64,000 nucleotides of DNA from Marsupella aquatica (Eukaryota > Plantae > Marchantiophyta): positions 12,523,375-12,587,374 of the forward strand of contig OZ316897.1 in NCBI GenBank assembly GCA_973895155.1. Direction: 5' to 3'. This document shows, in pieces, positions 11,031-25,622 of this stretch (positions within the stretch are counted from its first letter, which is position 1; each line of letters opens with the position of its first letter). Below the pieces are notes generated by a model. The model was not told the origin of the DNA. It saw only the letters and a list, made by a program, of their open reading frames with translations, and did no database searches. The position numbers and the translations under genes were made by a program.

Positions 11031-14000
11031 ATTGATGGACCCCTAGACCAAAAATGTATTACTCAATGGACCACATGAGGTTTTAAGGATGTTAATTTAA
11101 GTTCCATCAATAGTCGGGAACCCTTATGTGGTCCATCAAGAAATACTTTGTGTCTGTCAAGTATTTCTCTTAATCTGGATCATTTATAGAGTCCATTAAC
11201 ACTTTTCAATTTGTGTGTGCATCAAGCATATCCCTTAGTTTTGATCATTTATGGGGTTAATCAAATAACATTTTTTTCATTTTGGAGGTCCATCAAAAAT
11301 ATCTCTTGTGTTTCTTGGAGCATGTCAACTTCACGACAGAAAGCGGCAGCCAGAGCCATAATTCGTAATCTACAGCTTTCTGTTTTAAAGAATGCTCATA
11401 TTCACTGTAGGACTAATGAAAAATTATTATTATCATTCTCTGGGCAAAACTCACCACCTTTCATGTTTGTACAGAGTGGATGACCTATGGGTAACCATTT
11501 TTACTTCATCTGGCATTCTCATAATCTTGTGCCCAGAAAATTACAACCACGTAACCCGTTCCAGGACTAAAATTATGAATGAAAACCCTTTGTCTGGGTT
11601 GGAGTTCTAGTCTGCATCCCAAGTGTGTGTCCAAGCTTCCTGGTGACACCCTAGTCAAGCCCTGCCCAGACCTGGGGTTATGCTACACCATGGAGCTATA
11701 ATAAATGGGTCCTAGACTTGAGCTAATAAAAATTGAACAGAAATCGAGTTGCGGGGAATTGAGAGGTGGGAATACACTGTCATCCCACACGTATTACTCA
11801 CTGTAGATCGGTCAGATTTCTATTTTGCAATTTGGTCCTGCACACAGTGGATGGGGCAGACAGCTACAGTACAGTACTTTACAGTACAGTACCACCGCAG
11901 TACTGTGGTAATGATCAGGCATTCAGGTGTTGGGGCTCTGTCGACTGGTCAGAAATGTGATTGGGCGGGAAGAAGTGAGGGGTTAGATTGGCCCAAGATC
12001 GAAGCTCCTTAGACGGCCACGTCTCAGATGTAGTAACCTTCATGAGAATGGTGACGAAATTGTGCCATAATTTGTGCCAGAACGAATGATGCCAACAGCA
12101 CAGTAATTATCCTCCAGGAGCGATCATGATCTGATGAGATGGGATGGGATAGGATGGCATTTGTAAAATCTGCTGAATGAGCTACATAAGATCTCATTGC
12201 CAACGATCCTCGACAGAGAATGTTTCAATCGATTTTCAATCATGGATCCTATGATTTCTGTCCTCTTCTGTTGTGTGATTTTAAATCTTATTGAGGATTG
12301 GGTTTCTCCACTGGTCAGCCAAGGGTCATCCTGCAGAAACTATCCATGGAAAGATTAGTCTACACCAGTGTATTATTTAAGTACTAAAAATCCACCAGAA
12401 GTTGTTTGTCACTTTAGACTAAATTAGCCAGTCCCCCACCTTGTCACAGTTGCCATTTGCTACAATCTGATGGTCACACTTAAATCTAGGGAGATCTAAA
12501 ATAAATCAATCTAAAAAAGATTAGATGGGGAAAATTCTTACTCTTCTACTTCACAGATGATGTTCACCAGTCTGGCCACAAAGGAAAACCTTCAAACATT
12601 AGCTGGTACTATACTACATATCATGCTCATTTTATGGCAAGACATTCAAATTTAATGCAAGTGTAAGCTGCCCCGTCTCCGGCCATGATTTCTCTGATGA
12701 TATAAAATGTTGATGTTTAGCTCCTGCTTTGTAGTGAGGGGCATGTAAATAGTAATATCCAATAGTGTCCAACTCAGAAAATTAGACCATATACCATTGT
12801 AAGTACTCTGATTCCGATAAATACTAAAATAGTGTCACAAAAGTAGAGCATCACCAAAACAAACCAGGCTCAGGGCCAAAGAGCTTGTGGTCAACCAAGA
12901 CCAAACCGAGTAGCTTGTCGGGTAGAGGCCTTTGTCCTCCCTCCTGAATTGCACAGCCAACTAAAGGTGGGTACCAATGTTGGGCGTGTATAGGGCTTTC
13001 CTTATACCAGCCAAGTAAGATACATTTGACATCCATGGCCGGCAAGGTATGGTATTGGACTGATATCTAAGGTCCCCAGAAAATTTTGAAATATAGGGGT
13101 ATGTTAAAAAAACAAATCTTCAGATTGTACACCAGGCATACATATTGAGTTTAGAGCAGGTTTTATTGGGGTAGGAAGGATATAAGTAAGGTATAGTAAA
13201 ATAATGTTCATAATAGCAATTTCTGACTCAAAATTTCAACACAAACTCTAATATGTTGTTAAAAGAAACATTGTCACCTTTAACTTGCACAATCTACAAC
13301 TATAATAAGGGATCCCGTTGTTTTCGTCCTTTGTCCCAATACAAAAAAGTTCATGGGCGGGAAAGATCCACAGCCATTGGATTTGTTTGGTTGTTTTCCC
13401 TGACCATTGATGGAGGAAATGGGCACCCCTGGGGCATATGTGCTTCCCCACGCTGCCCCATAAATACCCCGTCCTGACTCTCTATGGGCCAGCCCTCCTT
13501 GTGTCATGCAAGGCCGGGCACAGGGCTTGTTTGCTTATTAAAAATTTGGTAATACAACATATGCCTTGACTGTAGTGACAATCTCCATCAAAACAAACAA
13601 TTTCTGTAGTGAAGGCTCCTCCTCTATTAATCCCGCATCAACTAACTCATCCTCAACAGCATCAATGATATCACCTTCCGTAGCCAAGATTGTTAAGAGA
13701 AAATTGGCAGGCAAAGTTGTTTGCGTTGAATAAACCTATTCATAAACTCACAAGTGGTGCACGTTTTAAAACTATTTGCACACAAAATTGTTTATCCAGG
13801 TTACTTCCAATTTTAGAAACTTTTGTGGTCCATTTTGTCTTTTATGTGACATTTCAGAAAAAAAGCATGCATCATTCACATGTGACTAAGCAGGTTTATG
13901 AATGATATTATTTTTATGCCTGGAAAAGCTACACAAAAAGCATGATGGCCTTAACCAAGAGGATTAGTTAGTTTCAGAATATTTCTTGAAACCCTCATGG

Positions 14001-14155
14001 TTAGTTGTTTGTCAAAAAATGGATGTGATTTGCCTGTCTCTTAGCTCTAACCCATGCTGGTGGTAAAGACTCATGAATAACTTACCGTCTTCCACACACT
14101 CAAAACAATGTTTTAGTAGGTCCAAATCTCAAACATGTATGTCCAAAATGATGTG

Positions 14156-14666
14156 TAATTTTTGAAACTTCTATATGGTGAATCCACCTTTCAGATTTTG
14201 TCTTATTTAGAGTTTTGGTGTCATATATTTTTATTTCAATGTGCCTTATCAAGGGGCAGCCTGTGTATCATATACATTTTTAAGTAATATATGGACCCCT
14301 TTAATTTTTAGGATTCTAAAGTATTTTGAATTTATTTGGCAGCCCCCTTATAAATTTTAATGTTTGTGATTTATTAGAGATGAAATGAATAGGTCCACCA
14401 CTTGAACATTCTCATGAATCATAGAAATGATTCTGATTGTGTTTTAAGTTCCTCTCATGTCTTTCTTTCCTAAGTTTGATGGTTTTTATTGAAATGAATG
14501 TCATTCATGAGGACATTGAATTAAGTGCACACATGGCAGCATCCTTGATTGTACGTTTCATTGGTCAATGTGCACCAATCCTTCTAGTTATGTTCTCAGA
14601 TTTTATTTATTTTCAAATCAATACAAGACCAAAACTCAAGCATGTTCCTGGATGAGCATGCTATAA
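14156..14666. repeat. ~510-bp dispersed repeat segment flanked by a 14-bp direct repeat; inverted homolog at 21001-21520
   Basis: Aligns with the reverse complement of 21001-21520 (e.g. TTTCAATGTGCCTTATCAAGGGGCAGCCTGTGTAT). TCCAAAATGATGTG occurs at 14142-14155 and 14667-14680. Confidence 0.8.
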
Positions 14667-17600
14667 TCCAAAATGATGTGGATTGAACTTTTAGGATGTG
14701 GCATTTATTAAGAAATTATCCCATCTGCACCCAAGTCCACAGAACTCCATGTGGTCTGCAGCAAGAGAGGACAACATGCAAGAGCCTGTGGGCAAAGTCA
14801 TGTGCAAGGTGAGACAATGTACCTGCAAGGGCCTGTGGGCAAGGTATGTGCAAGGTGAAACTATGTACCTACAACAAATTAAAGTTGGTTTCACTGCTTA
14901 TTTTGACCAACATTGCATTCAGTGCATCTGAAAGCTGGAAAATTCTTACCCTAACTTCCCCAACTTCCCCCTCCCCTCCCCTGCCCTGCCCTGCCCTCCC
15001 CTATTTTGCAAACTTTTTGTTGATCATCACACTTGTACAAACAACAAATATAGAGGCCCTAGTATATTATACTTTCTATTACATCTAGATTGCCATGAAT
15101 ATTGTGTACAGTGAGAGGAGAGAACCATTGCATTGTAGAAAGATGTCAAATATGAAAACAACATAGGACAATCAAGAAACTTGTTCTTTCTGTTTAACAG
15201 CTTTTTACTAAGTGTGCCCAAAATTACCCGATATTACTAATTTATGCCCCCCCCCCCCAACAAAATTATTTATTAACCTACCCTGCATCTTGTACACTGG
15301 TTAGCATTAAACTTGAAACGGGGTTCCCATTGCCATGTGGCAAGGCATCATTGGATAGCCTTAACCCACCGTGACTCCCATCACCCCCCATCCCCGATGC
15401 AGGGCCTGCGACTGTGCCCCGCAATGGGGAAGGAAAGGGGGACCAAGGGGTCCACGATGGGTAGCCTATGGCAATGAGAACCTGGTCACAAGTTAATACT
15501 AAACTATATACAAAATAAGTGGCAGATTAATTTTGTTTTGGGGGTATATTAGTAATTTGGGGCACAAGTTAGTAAAAGTTGTTCTATTAATCTCACATGC
15601 TGGAACCAGATCTTGACATGTTGTTGTTAAACCATCATGACACCCAAAATAGTAGCCATTGCAACTTTTTCCTCTTTTCTCTAATAGTGTATCTTGTCTT
15701 GTACTTTGCTTTGGCTTAGAACAAGGGTACTTGGCATATCTGGTGGCAAGCATAGATGGAGGTTTGATGGATGACTCATCTGGTTGCTTCAGCAACAACC
15801 CTGAAAACAGTCATGGCTTAACACAAATCCTCAGAAAATTACATTGCTCTCCTGCCATGCAACAAAATTCTACAGTGGTAAGTGGGAAACTTATGATACC
15901 TCGTCCAGCTGTGGACATTGGGCTAGTGGAGATGGCTCCTGAAGATTGATCTCTTTTTGAGTGGGTCATGGATGTAGCCCACGCGTAGTTTCAAGGGTGA
16001 ACCACATAATTTGTGTAGTGGGGTATCAATTGTATATTGGTTTCATATGAAGTTGTGCAGTCCAATGTTTACAAACCCCCATTAGGGGTCCTTTCCAAAA
16101 ACATTGCTCCATAGCGCACCACATCATCGTGGCATGCTGCAAACATGTTTTTTTGGATAAAGTTAACTTCTGCATTTGTGTTTGTGGCAACTTTCTGTAA
16201 AAATTGGGACGCCATGCCGTTTTTTGTTTTTTTTTTGTTTTGTTTTTTTTCGGAGAAAAAAAGGCACCCAGGGAGCACAAGCCGAGGCCAGTGGCAACAC
16301 ATGGCCGAAAAAATGCCAGACCTAGTCAGGCCAAGGATCCCGGAGCATCCTCCTCAGGGTGTTCGTATCCAAGTCCCTTCTGCTCAATCCCTATAGGGAT
16401 AATTCTGATCTATTCTCCTATTGTCCTGAGTACTCTCAAATCTAACAACTTCACTCTGGCAATTGGGCCTACTCCAGATATGGTCAGTCCACTTCCTATG
16501 CCAAGGGGCCTCCATAGGTTTGAGTCTCTCCTGCAATCTGCTGGTATGTTGCTTCATCATCTTCAGTGTTGGGGTTGAGTGAAAGAGGGTTGTCAATCTG
16601 ACCCCAAGGTCTAAGAACATTCTGCACTTTGTTCAAGGGCTTCCTAAATTTGTCTGTGTTTCCTCAGGGAACGACACAAGTCAATCATAGCTTTCAGGTG
16701 AGCTTCAGGGACGTCATGCTGTAAAAGAGAATGTAAATAAAACTGACATACAAATCAAAAGACAAAAAGATTGAGGTAAAATTGCTCCCACTAACGGTTT
16801 TATTTACATTTTGATTTTATCCAAAACATGAATTAAATCATTCTCCAAAGAAAAAATTCAAAAATGGACAAGTCAATGTTTGACACTTGAAACAGTTGTC
16901 AAAATTACCAAGAAAACCATAATTAATATCAATCACAAAACTAACTACAATGAACTACTGTTTAATTAATGTCAATGTGGGTAGCTTAAGTGCCCGCTTC
17001 AACAATTGAAAGTAATCACTTTTCAATTCCTACATGGAGAGAGACAAAGAGGGAGAAGCCATCGGTGTCATCAAATCACTAACTTTGCATAATTGGTTGA
17101 GACAAATAGTTTCATGGAAACAAATCTCCAATTGTAGAATTCCAAATAGATCGAAAGCTAGAAAATTTTTGAAACTCATGACCACTTTAGTACTTGATAA
17201 AATCTGTCAATGTCACACTCATTGGAAAGCTAGAGAACATTCAATATTCATAATCTCCTCAAAACTCAACTAAATCTATCAGTGTTAAGTTCATTAAGAA
17301 GCTAAAGAAGTTCTAAAACTCATAATCTCCTAGTACTCGATAAAATCTGTCAATTTTAGGTTCATTCTCATGGAAGGGATCAACATTTCAGGGGTTGTGT
17401 AACAAAAATTTCTATTCACTTTAGAGATTATGAAATCATGGGTAAAATCTACTCAATTTTTACCAAACGGTGACAATCCTGAGCTCATTAGGACCGTCTC
17501 TTCAAGATCTTTCCAATGCCATATTATATGTGAGTTTTCATTATGATTTGACTCAGCATTGTCAAATCAAAATTGCTGCTAGGAAAATTTTTGCAAAAAT

Positions 17601-19175
17601 CTGAAAATATTGATTCATTGTAATTCTTGTAAATCTCAACTAAAATCTTTGATGTTTAATTCTTTAGAAGGGGATCGACAAGATCTTTCTAGTGCATCAT
17701 CGCACTCCCAAATTTAGTTGTGGATTGACATATTGACTCATTATTATCTTGCTCCAGATAAAAGTTGGTTGAGGGCTGACTACAAAATTTGGAAGAAATT
17801 GGGATCATTGGATTTCAATATTGGGAAGGAATCATAGACATGATCATTTCAAAACCATGAGCTGAAAATCTCATAGAAAATCATCCATGGTCATGCCAAG
17901 CTGATATGCAAAGGGGGGGAAGTTGAGTATTGTGTGAACTTGCCTTATTTTGAGTCCATCCTCAAAATTCTGAACATACATGGATTGACTATCGGCTCTA
18001 TTGGACAGAATACCTGCTGCACCAGGTGTTCCTCTTGTTGTGAGTCATATTACAGATGGAAGTGTAAGAAGTATCATTTGAGTTTAAAAAGAAACTTTTC
18101 ATCAAGCTCCATACGGGTTGTTAGAATTCATCGGGGCATTTTGCTAGACTTGGAGGTCCATTTAGGCTTCAGTTTCTACATAACTGCCTCTAAAATAACA
18201 TGGGGGTCCAAGGATTTATTATTCGAACAAAGTTCAGGGTCATGACAGATATCCAATGATAAGACTAGTAGGAATTTGATCATTAGATCATTAGATCATT
18301 CCAAACTAACAAGAGTGGGTGTCCAATTGCTAGACCATCTGAGTGGGGAGGTCGAGGTGTTGAGTACAAGTTGCCTTGCAAACACCTTCCTTTGACACAA
18401 ACTCCACCCAAAAGTGAGGCTCAGACAAAACTCTTGACATTTAATAACCATTGGAATAATTTTAGTTAGCAGGGCAATGAATTGGCAACTGATCTTCCAA
18501 ATGCAATAAATGCAAAGACTAGTCTTCCCACATTTAATTGTCAAATTCCAACCTATGTGGAATTTTTCACAGAAAGAGAACATCTTCAAAGGGTTGACAC
18601 ATGTCATAAATAGTGACTCATACCAACCTACACAGTCACATGTTTGAAGAGTTGCCCTAGACTGTCCATGTCTGTCCCTACCCACCAGCATAATTTAAAA
18701 ATCAAAAGCAAATTTTGTTACCAATGCAATTACGGCCTTTGCTTCACTCTAATGACTGTCACACTTAGTGGTAACTTAGATCCATCCTCAATTACAACAC
18801 GCTATTTCGAGTGGCTTGCATACCTTTGCAGGTGGCGGCCACTTAGATAGGCAAAGAGTTTCTCAATCTTTTTTCCCTCAACTTTTTGCAAATGCCTAGC
18901 CAATTTTGACAGATCACAATGTTGTTCCAAGATCTTACAAATAAAGCACAATACAAAGCTACATTTTAGCACAAAGTGAAACCTCTAGACTATAACTTCC
19001 AAGAAGGACAAAACAAAAAAGTAAAGTGAACAGAAAATAAAGATGAGACAAACATAACAAAAAATAGTATATAATCATTTTATTGTTTGAAACATTATTG
19101 TTTGGGTCTATATTTATGTTCAAGGACTTAAGGGGCAATAATCATATTAGGGATGGGGTGAAAAATGGGGATGGG

Positions 19176-22100
19176 TATTAGGCATTTACTCTTAGGCCTA
19201 GAGTTACAACTATAACCGTAGTTAGGGCTAACATTAGTCATGGGACTAGGTTAGGTTGACTAGATTGCACACTATATCCTAAACGATCTTTGCTTGGATA
19301 GAGGAAACTAAGGCTCATTGTTACGTAGCCACTTGAGATATAGAGATCTTGTATTGTGGAGACTCCATACTTGGCATGCATGCAAATTTCACTCGGTGTG
19401 TTGGATGAAATTAGTCATCAATGGCAAGGAATTGATGTTGAACTTCAAGTTGTGTCGAGAGAGATAGTGATTTTGAACGACAATACGTATGTAGAGAGGC
19501 CAATGTAACCAATTCACATGAGAAGTTAACTCAACTATGACATTCATAGTTTGGCCACATTAATAAAAAGGGTTTGGCTATCTTGGAGAAGAATAAGCTA
19601 ATTTGTTATTTTTGGAATATTATAAATTATAATTTAAGCAGAATTGTTGTCCTTTTTGTGTTGGAACTCATGGTTCCAAAGTAATTCTTGAGTACATATA
19701 TAGTGACATGTGAGGTCCATCCCCAGCTCCCTCACATTTTGAAAAGTTATACTATATTTTATTTATTGACAATTACTCAAAATTTGTGTGGATTTATTTC
19801 ATGTCACATAAGCCTTATATCTTGTCCACTTTCAAGAGGTGAAATGCCCAAGTGGAGAATGAGACTAGAAACAGAGGTAAGTAATTTTAGGGGATGTGCA
19901 CTTATCAAGGAATGGAAAACCAAATTAGTGTAATCGGATAGTGAGAGTGTCACTTATCTAGAGTTTATTGTATTTGCATGAATTTTGTTGTTGATGATGA
20001 TGGTGATGCATTGATATTGAAGAAATGAAACCTTCTTCATTTCATGAGGCAAGTGCTACAACAATGCAAATGACCTTCTTCATTTCATGAGGCAAGAGTA
20101 GACTACAATAATGCAAATGGAGATGTAGTCACTGAAGGACAACACAACTTGAGAGCTTGTCAAGCTGCCTAATTAAGGGTCAACAAGTGATGGACACCAA
20201 GTGTATTCACAAGTTCAAGTCCACATGAAGTGGATCAAAGGTCTAGAAGGATAGGTTGGTAGCTCGCCAAGAGATTCATATAAGATAAAGGTATGGATAA
20301 CAAGAAGGTATTCCCACCAATTCCTTAGTACTCAACAATAAGGCTATTGCGTGTGTTTGTTGTTATGTTTGGTCTGCTGCTAGATCAGATGGATGTTGTC
20401 ACAATGTTCCTCTATGGCATTTAGGAAGAGGTGATCTTCATGAGACAGCCACTTGGTTTTGTGAAGAAAGTGCAAGAGAAGTTAGTTTTGCAGATTAATG
20501 TCAAAATCCTTGTATGGGTTGAAGTAGTTATCAAGATAGTGGAATAGACGGTTTAACAATGCGTGCACGAGGTCTTTAAGGCTATGGCTGACATAGGGCA
20601 ATTTTGGTCGGAAGGTAATTTCCAGGTTCAATTTAGGGTTTAGGATAGCTAAGAGGCTACTAAGCCAATAAGTACCCATTTGGCTCCACACTTCAAGATG
20701 TCATCCATTTTTTGTCTAAGCAATGCGACAGAGAAGGGGCAATGGGCTTAAGGGCCTCACTCCAAGGGGTGTCCCATATCACGTGTGAAGTTTTGGTGAA
20801 ATAAACACTCTAAAATTTAGTCAATAAAGTTTTCTTTAGGAATTTTTTAACCCTAACTTAATCAAATATTTCAAGATTTGATTTTAGAAAACCTTATGAT
20901 TCTTATAATTCTCAAAATTGGATTAACATAACCCTAATGTTTTTTAACAAAAATTTAAAAGTATTTCACTTAACTCGATAAAAAACCCTATACTTATTCA
21001 TATAGCATGCTCATCCTGGAACATGTTTGAGTTTTTGTCTTATAGTGATTTGAAAGTAAATAAAATATGAGAGCATAACTAGAAGGATTGGTGCACAGTG
21101 ACCAATGAAAAGTACAATCAAGGATGCTACAAATGTCTGCACTTAATTCAATGTCCTAATGAATGACACTCATTTCAATAAAAAACATAAACTTAGGAAA
21201 GAAAGACATAAGGGAAGCTTAATACACGATCAGAACCATTTCTTTCACTCATGAGAATATTTTGTTCAAGTGGTGGAGCCTTTCGTTCATCTCTGATAAA
21301 TCACAAACATCAAAATTTATAAGGGGGCCGCCAAAATAAGTTCAATGTACTCTAGAATCCTAAAATTAAAGGAGTCCATACATTAAATAAAAATGTATAT
21401 TATACACAGGCTGCCCCTTGATAAGGCACATTGAAATAAAAATACATGACACCAAAACTCCGAATAAGACAATCTGAAAGGTTGATTCACCATATAGCAA
21501 TTTCAAAAATTGCATATCACATGTGATGGGCCGGAAGAAAAGAAGTGAGGACTCCGGGGAAGTGGGAAGTGTAATGTATTTGATGAATTACACTTAGTCT
21601 GATCTTGCCATGGCTACGAGCAAGGTGAGAAGATACATATAAATCCAGGGAATGTACAGTGGAAAGGAGTGAAGTGTATTATTATGTACTTAAAGGGTAC
21701 TTGACTCGGGGGTTTCACTTGACAAAAATAGCATATCACATGCAACAAAGGATATCATGATCATTTTATTGGTTTGAAGGGAAGACTTAAGAATTTTCTC
21801 AAAATTATAACAACGGGTTTTTTTTTCCAATTTTGAGACTTATAAGAACATTAGGGTCCTTCTAACCAAAATTTTCATAGGGGTTGAAATTTTTTTTAAA
21901 AAATCTTACATTTTAGGGGGTCTAAGGCCTTAAAACGTCGTAGGTGATGGGGACGTCTCCATATAGTGAGACCCCCAGTCCATGGATCAGGGTTTTTTGT
22001 TTGATATCAATGCAAAGAATATTAGATCATTGACTGACTATGTAGATTTTGACTATGGATCTAGCCTTGAGAAGAGATCAACAATAGGGTATTTGTTCAC

Positions 22101-23348
22101 ACTTGGCAGTGCATATATAAGTTTGAGGTCTACTTTGTAGAAATTTAGAGCTCACTCTACTACAAAAGCAAAGTATGTTGCAACAACAAAAACAACAAAG
22201 GAAGAAATTTTGTTGGATAGACTAATCATGGAAATGAGAATGGCACATGGGAATGTGAAGGCTCCACTATGATAGTCAGCGCTCCATCTTGCTGTGAACC
22301 AAGTGATGGAGAACAAAGTGGAGCATATTGATGTAAGGTACCATTTTATAGGGCAAGCTATGTCTGATATTTGTTTGAGTTGGTCAAGATTGATGGTAAA
22401 TTCAACCCGATTGACACCTTTACCAATGAAAGTGATTCATTTGAAAAGTGTTTCTAGACACCGTGACATGTTGCATGTTTTGAAATTGCGTCACAAGTAG
22501 GATTTTCTTGACATTTGTGTAATTACTCATATATGCATTTTCTCATTCCTATGTATTAAGCTACAACTTAGTTTTGGTTTGCTCTAGAGAGGGGAAATCG
22601 GTTTGATTTTGCCCAGAAATTCTTGCTAAGTAATCATCTACGTGAGCATTATTACCCTCCCCTCGACTAGAGGTCAAGGGGGAAATTGTTAGACATTAAC
22701 TTTTAGGTCTGACTATTACAATTGTAGTTGTAGTAACTAAAAGCTGACATTAGTTGCAAACAAGGTTAGGTTAACTAAGTTGCGCACTATATCCCAAATG
22801 GTGTTTTCTTGGATAAGGGGAACTAAGCCTCATTGTTAAGTTTAAAATAGAAAAGCCTTATTGTTAAGGAGCCAGTTGAGAAATAGGGAGATATTTTGTT
22901 TTTATTTTTAAATCTCAAAAATTATTCTGCGTGAACCCCATGGATGGGGGTAACCAACAGGCCCAAAGGTAGATGAGGACATTGAGAGAACCCAACAAAA
23001 AAGTGACTCCAAAAGAGACAAGAAAGTTTCCTCAAAAATAAAAAACAACAGCTCATGTAGAGACAACAATGTGCCAGTTCTATAGGAGCATTGCATGTAT
23101 TGCATGAGTCAGCCCTAAATTAAACTAGCACCATGTGTGTGTGACTTCAAAGATCTTGTATTGCAGAGACCGAAGCGGAGACTTGGTATGGTCAATAGAC
23201 CTAGAGTGCACAAAAGCTCTTGTGTGTTTCTATGGATGCATTGTCAACTGAGATGAACCATGTATCTGTTTGTGTCCCCGTTTGTGTCAACTACTTCAGT
23301 GTTGGATGATCATGGGCTTGACGTTGTGTATGTTGTCTTTGCTCAACA
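19176..23348 (+). mobile_element. Old, internally deleted Ty1/copia LTR retrotransposon (same family as 51718-58238) with nested insertions
   Basis: 5' LTR remnant from 19176 (TATTAGGCATTTACTC). RT/RNase H remnants at ~19990-22500 (HIDVRYHFI). PPT AAGGGGGAAAT before the 3' LTR 22687-23348 (TGTTAG...GCTCAACA). Near-TSD ATGGG/ATGGA. Foreign inserts at ~20744-21560, 21703-21980 and ~22895-23150. Confidence 0.85.
21703..21980. mobile_element. TIR MITE nested in the degenerate copia pol region
   Basis: TIRs GACTCGGGGGTTTCACT / AGTGAGACCCCCAGTC. Removing it rejoins AAGGGTAC..CATGGATC, matching AAGGGTACCGTGGATC of the younger copia. Confidence 0.6.
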
Positions 23349-25622
23349 ATGGAGTGGAGTAATACGAGGAGTCCTACATCACATTTGAAAAATAGGGCCG
23401 CTTATGAAGAGAGTACTCGATAGAGAAGGGGCTGCATGTGAAGAGAGTTGATGGATTAGGGAGGTCGCCTATGAAAATGTCAGGTCCTCTCTCTTCATGT
23501 TCAACGAACCAGTTGTCAGACTAGTTCCACCTCACATGTACAATTTTTAATCACATCTGCCCATATACAAGCCTCATTTTCTGCCTTGACATTACTTCTC
23601 AACGTGTCCTATGATGGATAGTGTACCCACCATAAAAGCTTTAAACCAAGCCCATTCCTAGTGAGACCAAACCTTTGCACTTTATAATGGTAGCTACAGG
23701 TGACCTGTAATCTGTACTGTCTTCCTAAAGGGCAATTTTGGTATACGGTTGTCATGGCCTTGAAGAGAAAATTTCCACACTTGCAGTGCATACTTTATCT
23801 CCAGGACACAAATGGGCCGGAACGGGTTGAACAGGACAGATGGATGGATGGATGGATGGCACTTGAGACTTGTGTGGAAATCGCTAATTTAATGGTCTGC
23901 GGTAGTCAATAGCTAACTATAATTATCCATGAGTGACATTAATCCTAGGAGATGGGCAGGCTGTCAACATCCGCAGCCCAATTGAACAACCGCCCTTCAA
24001 GGAATTCTCTGCCTCACAATTTGGATGAAGTTGTGAAGGTTGGTACATTGGAGTACCGTACGCCTAATGCGCTTTGCATGTCAAACTTTTAGTTATGCTT
24101 TTCTGAGAGTGACAGAGATTACTGCATAAAGTGTGTAAGGCATACTAACGCCAACTTCATTTCTGACGGCTCTAAGGCACAGGCCAAAGATGCCGCTGGT
24201 ATGGCGGACACACTCTTGTGGCAGTCCTTTTGTGGACGGTCACTTCGTTGCTTAGTTCATTGTCATCATGTTATTGTTCCTGGCATAGCCTTGACGTGTA
24301 CATGGCAATGTGGACAGCTTAACGAGAAAGTGTAATGGAATGTGTGAAGGAAGCTGATGGTGATTGTTCTTGGGAAGAAATATCTATTTGACTCCATTTT
24401 ATCCCATGCCCTCCATTCAATCAGCCCATGGTCAGAGGAGAACCTTGCACCTTTCATTTAGATATTGTAGCTCCTGTAGCCATCCAAAACATTGACATGC
24501 AGCATTTGCGCTCTGAAAACAGGGAACAATTAGAGTTGGGCAAATCAAGAGAGTCCATTTTTATTTAGGCAGGGGCCCAGGATGAGTTGAGCACCATCTT
24601 TCACTTGGACTTTTTGAGATTCAGGATGCAATGCAATGGGATGGGATGCCAAATTGGGAAGAAAGATCTGGTTCCATGTTGCATTGTGGGCTTTGATTTT
24701 ATTGGTTGTGTGTAACCATATAAAAGTGCAATAGACAACATTGACTTATTTCAAATGGGGGAGTATGAGAGTTGTACTTAGTGTGGCCAAACTAGGGTGA
24801 GTCTACACTTATTGGGCTTGGATCCAGGATGAGTTGAATGAAGTCTCTCAATCAAACTACTTTGGATTTTAATAGGGGGTGAAACTTCTAGAAGCCCTTC
24901 AGGATGTGCTTCCCTTTAAGCCATCAATAGTTCTGCTGGAGCAGAATGAGACTACCAAAATGTCAAGACAAGTTTGAGAAGTAGACAATCAAAATTTTGT
25001 TCACAACACTGCAGGGGACTGCAATCAGAGTTTCATGCATAATCTTTGTTGGTGCTTGAATGTGGGGTAAGTTACTATTTTCATGAAAACCTACTATCTA
25101 AGGAGGTGAGAGAACACTCTCAAGAGGCAAAACTCTATCATGATGGAGACAACTATGCTTGGTTGAACAAGTGCTTAAATACTTGTATAACTTAGACATG
25201 TCAATAACAACTTGTCACAGATTTGTTCTATGATATGTTCTTTGTACATGGTAACACAAGAAATTGACAAAAAATCCAGTTTGCGATCCATATGAAAAAG
25301 ATTCAAAACAAGAAACTAATACAGACAAAATAACAGGAGCAAAATTTAGCTGATAACAAATAAGGGACTAATTCACCCAAAGAGTGTTTCATTACCTGCA
25401 GGCCAATAAGTGGCTTGCTACAACCAAACAAACAGCCAGTTTGAAAGATTTCCTGGGCACCAAGCCAAATGGGAAAAAGCAGCTAATGTTTTAAGGAGAA
25501 GCCTCCTAACTTTCTTGAAAGATTTTCTGAGGATGCTGAGTTGATGGCAGAAAAGAGCCACTGTTTTCACATGAAATCCACCAAATAAAGTTTTTAAGAA
25601 GGGTTCTGGGAACCAAACTTAA

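Noticed and set aside
18296-18691. SWIM zinc finger or MULE transposase remnant (TCDCVGW...TC)
   Set aside because: Spacing is off, the final His is missing and there are no supporting motifs. It needs an HMM search.
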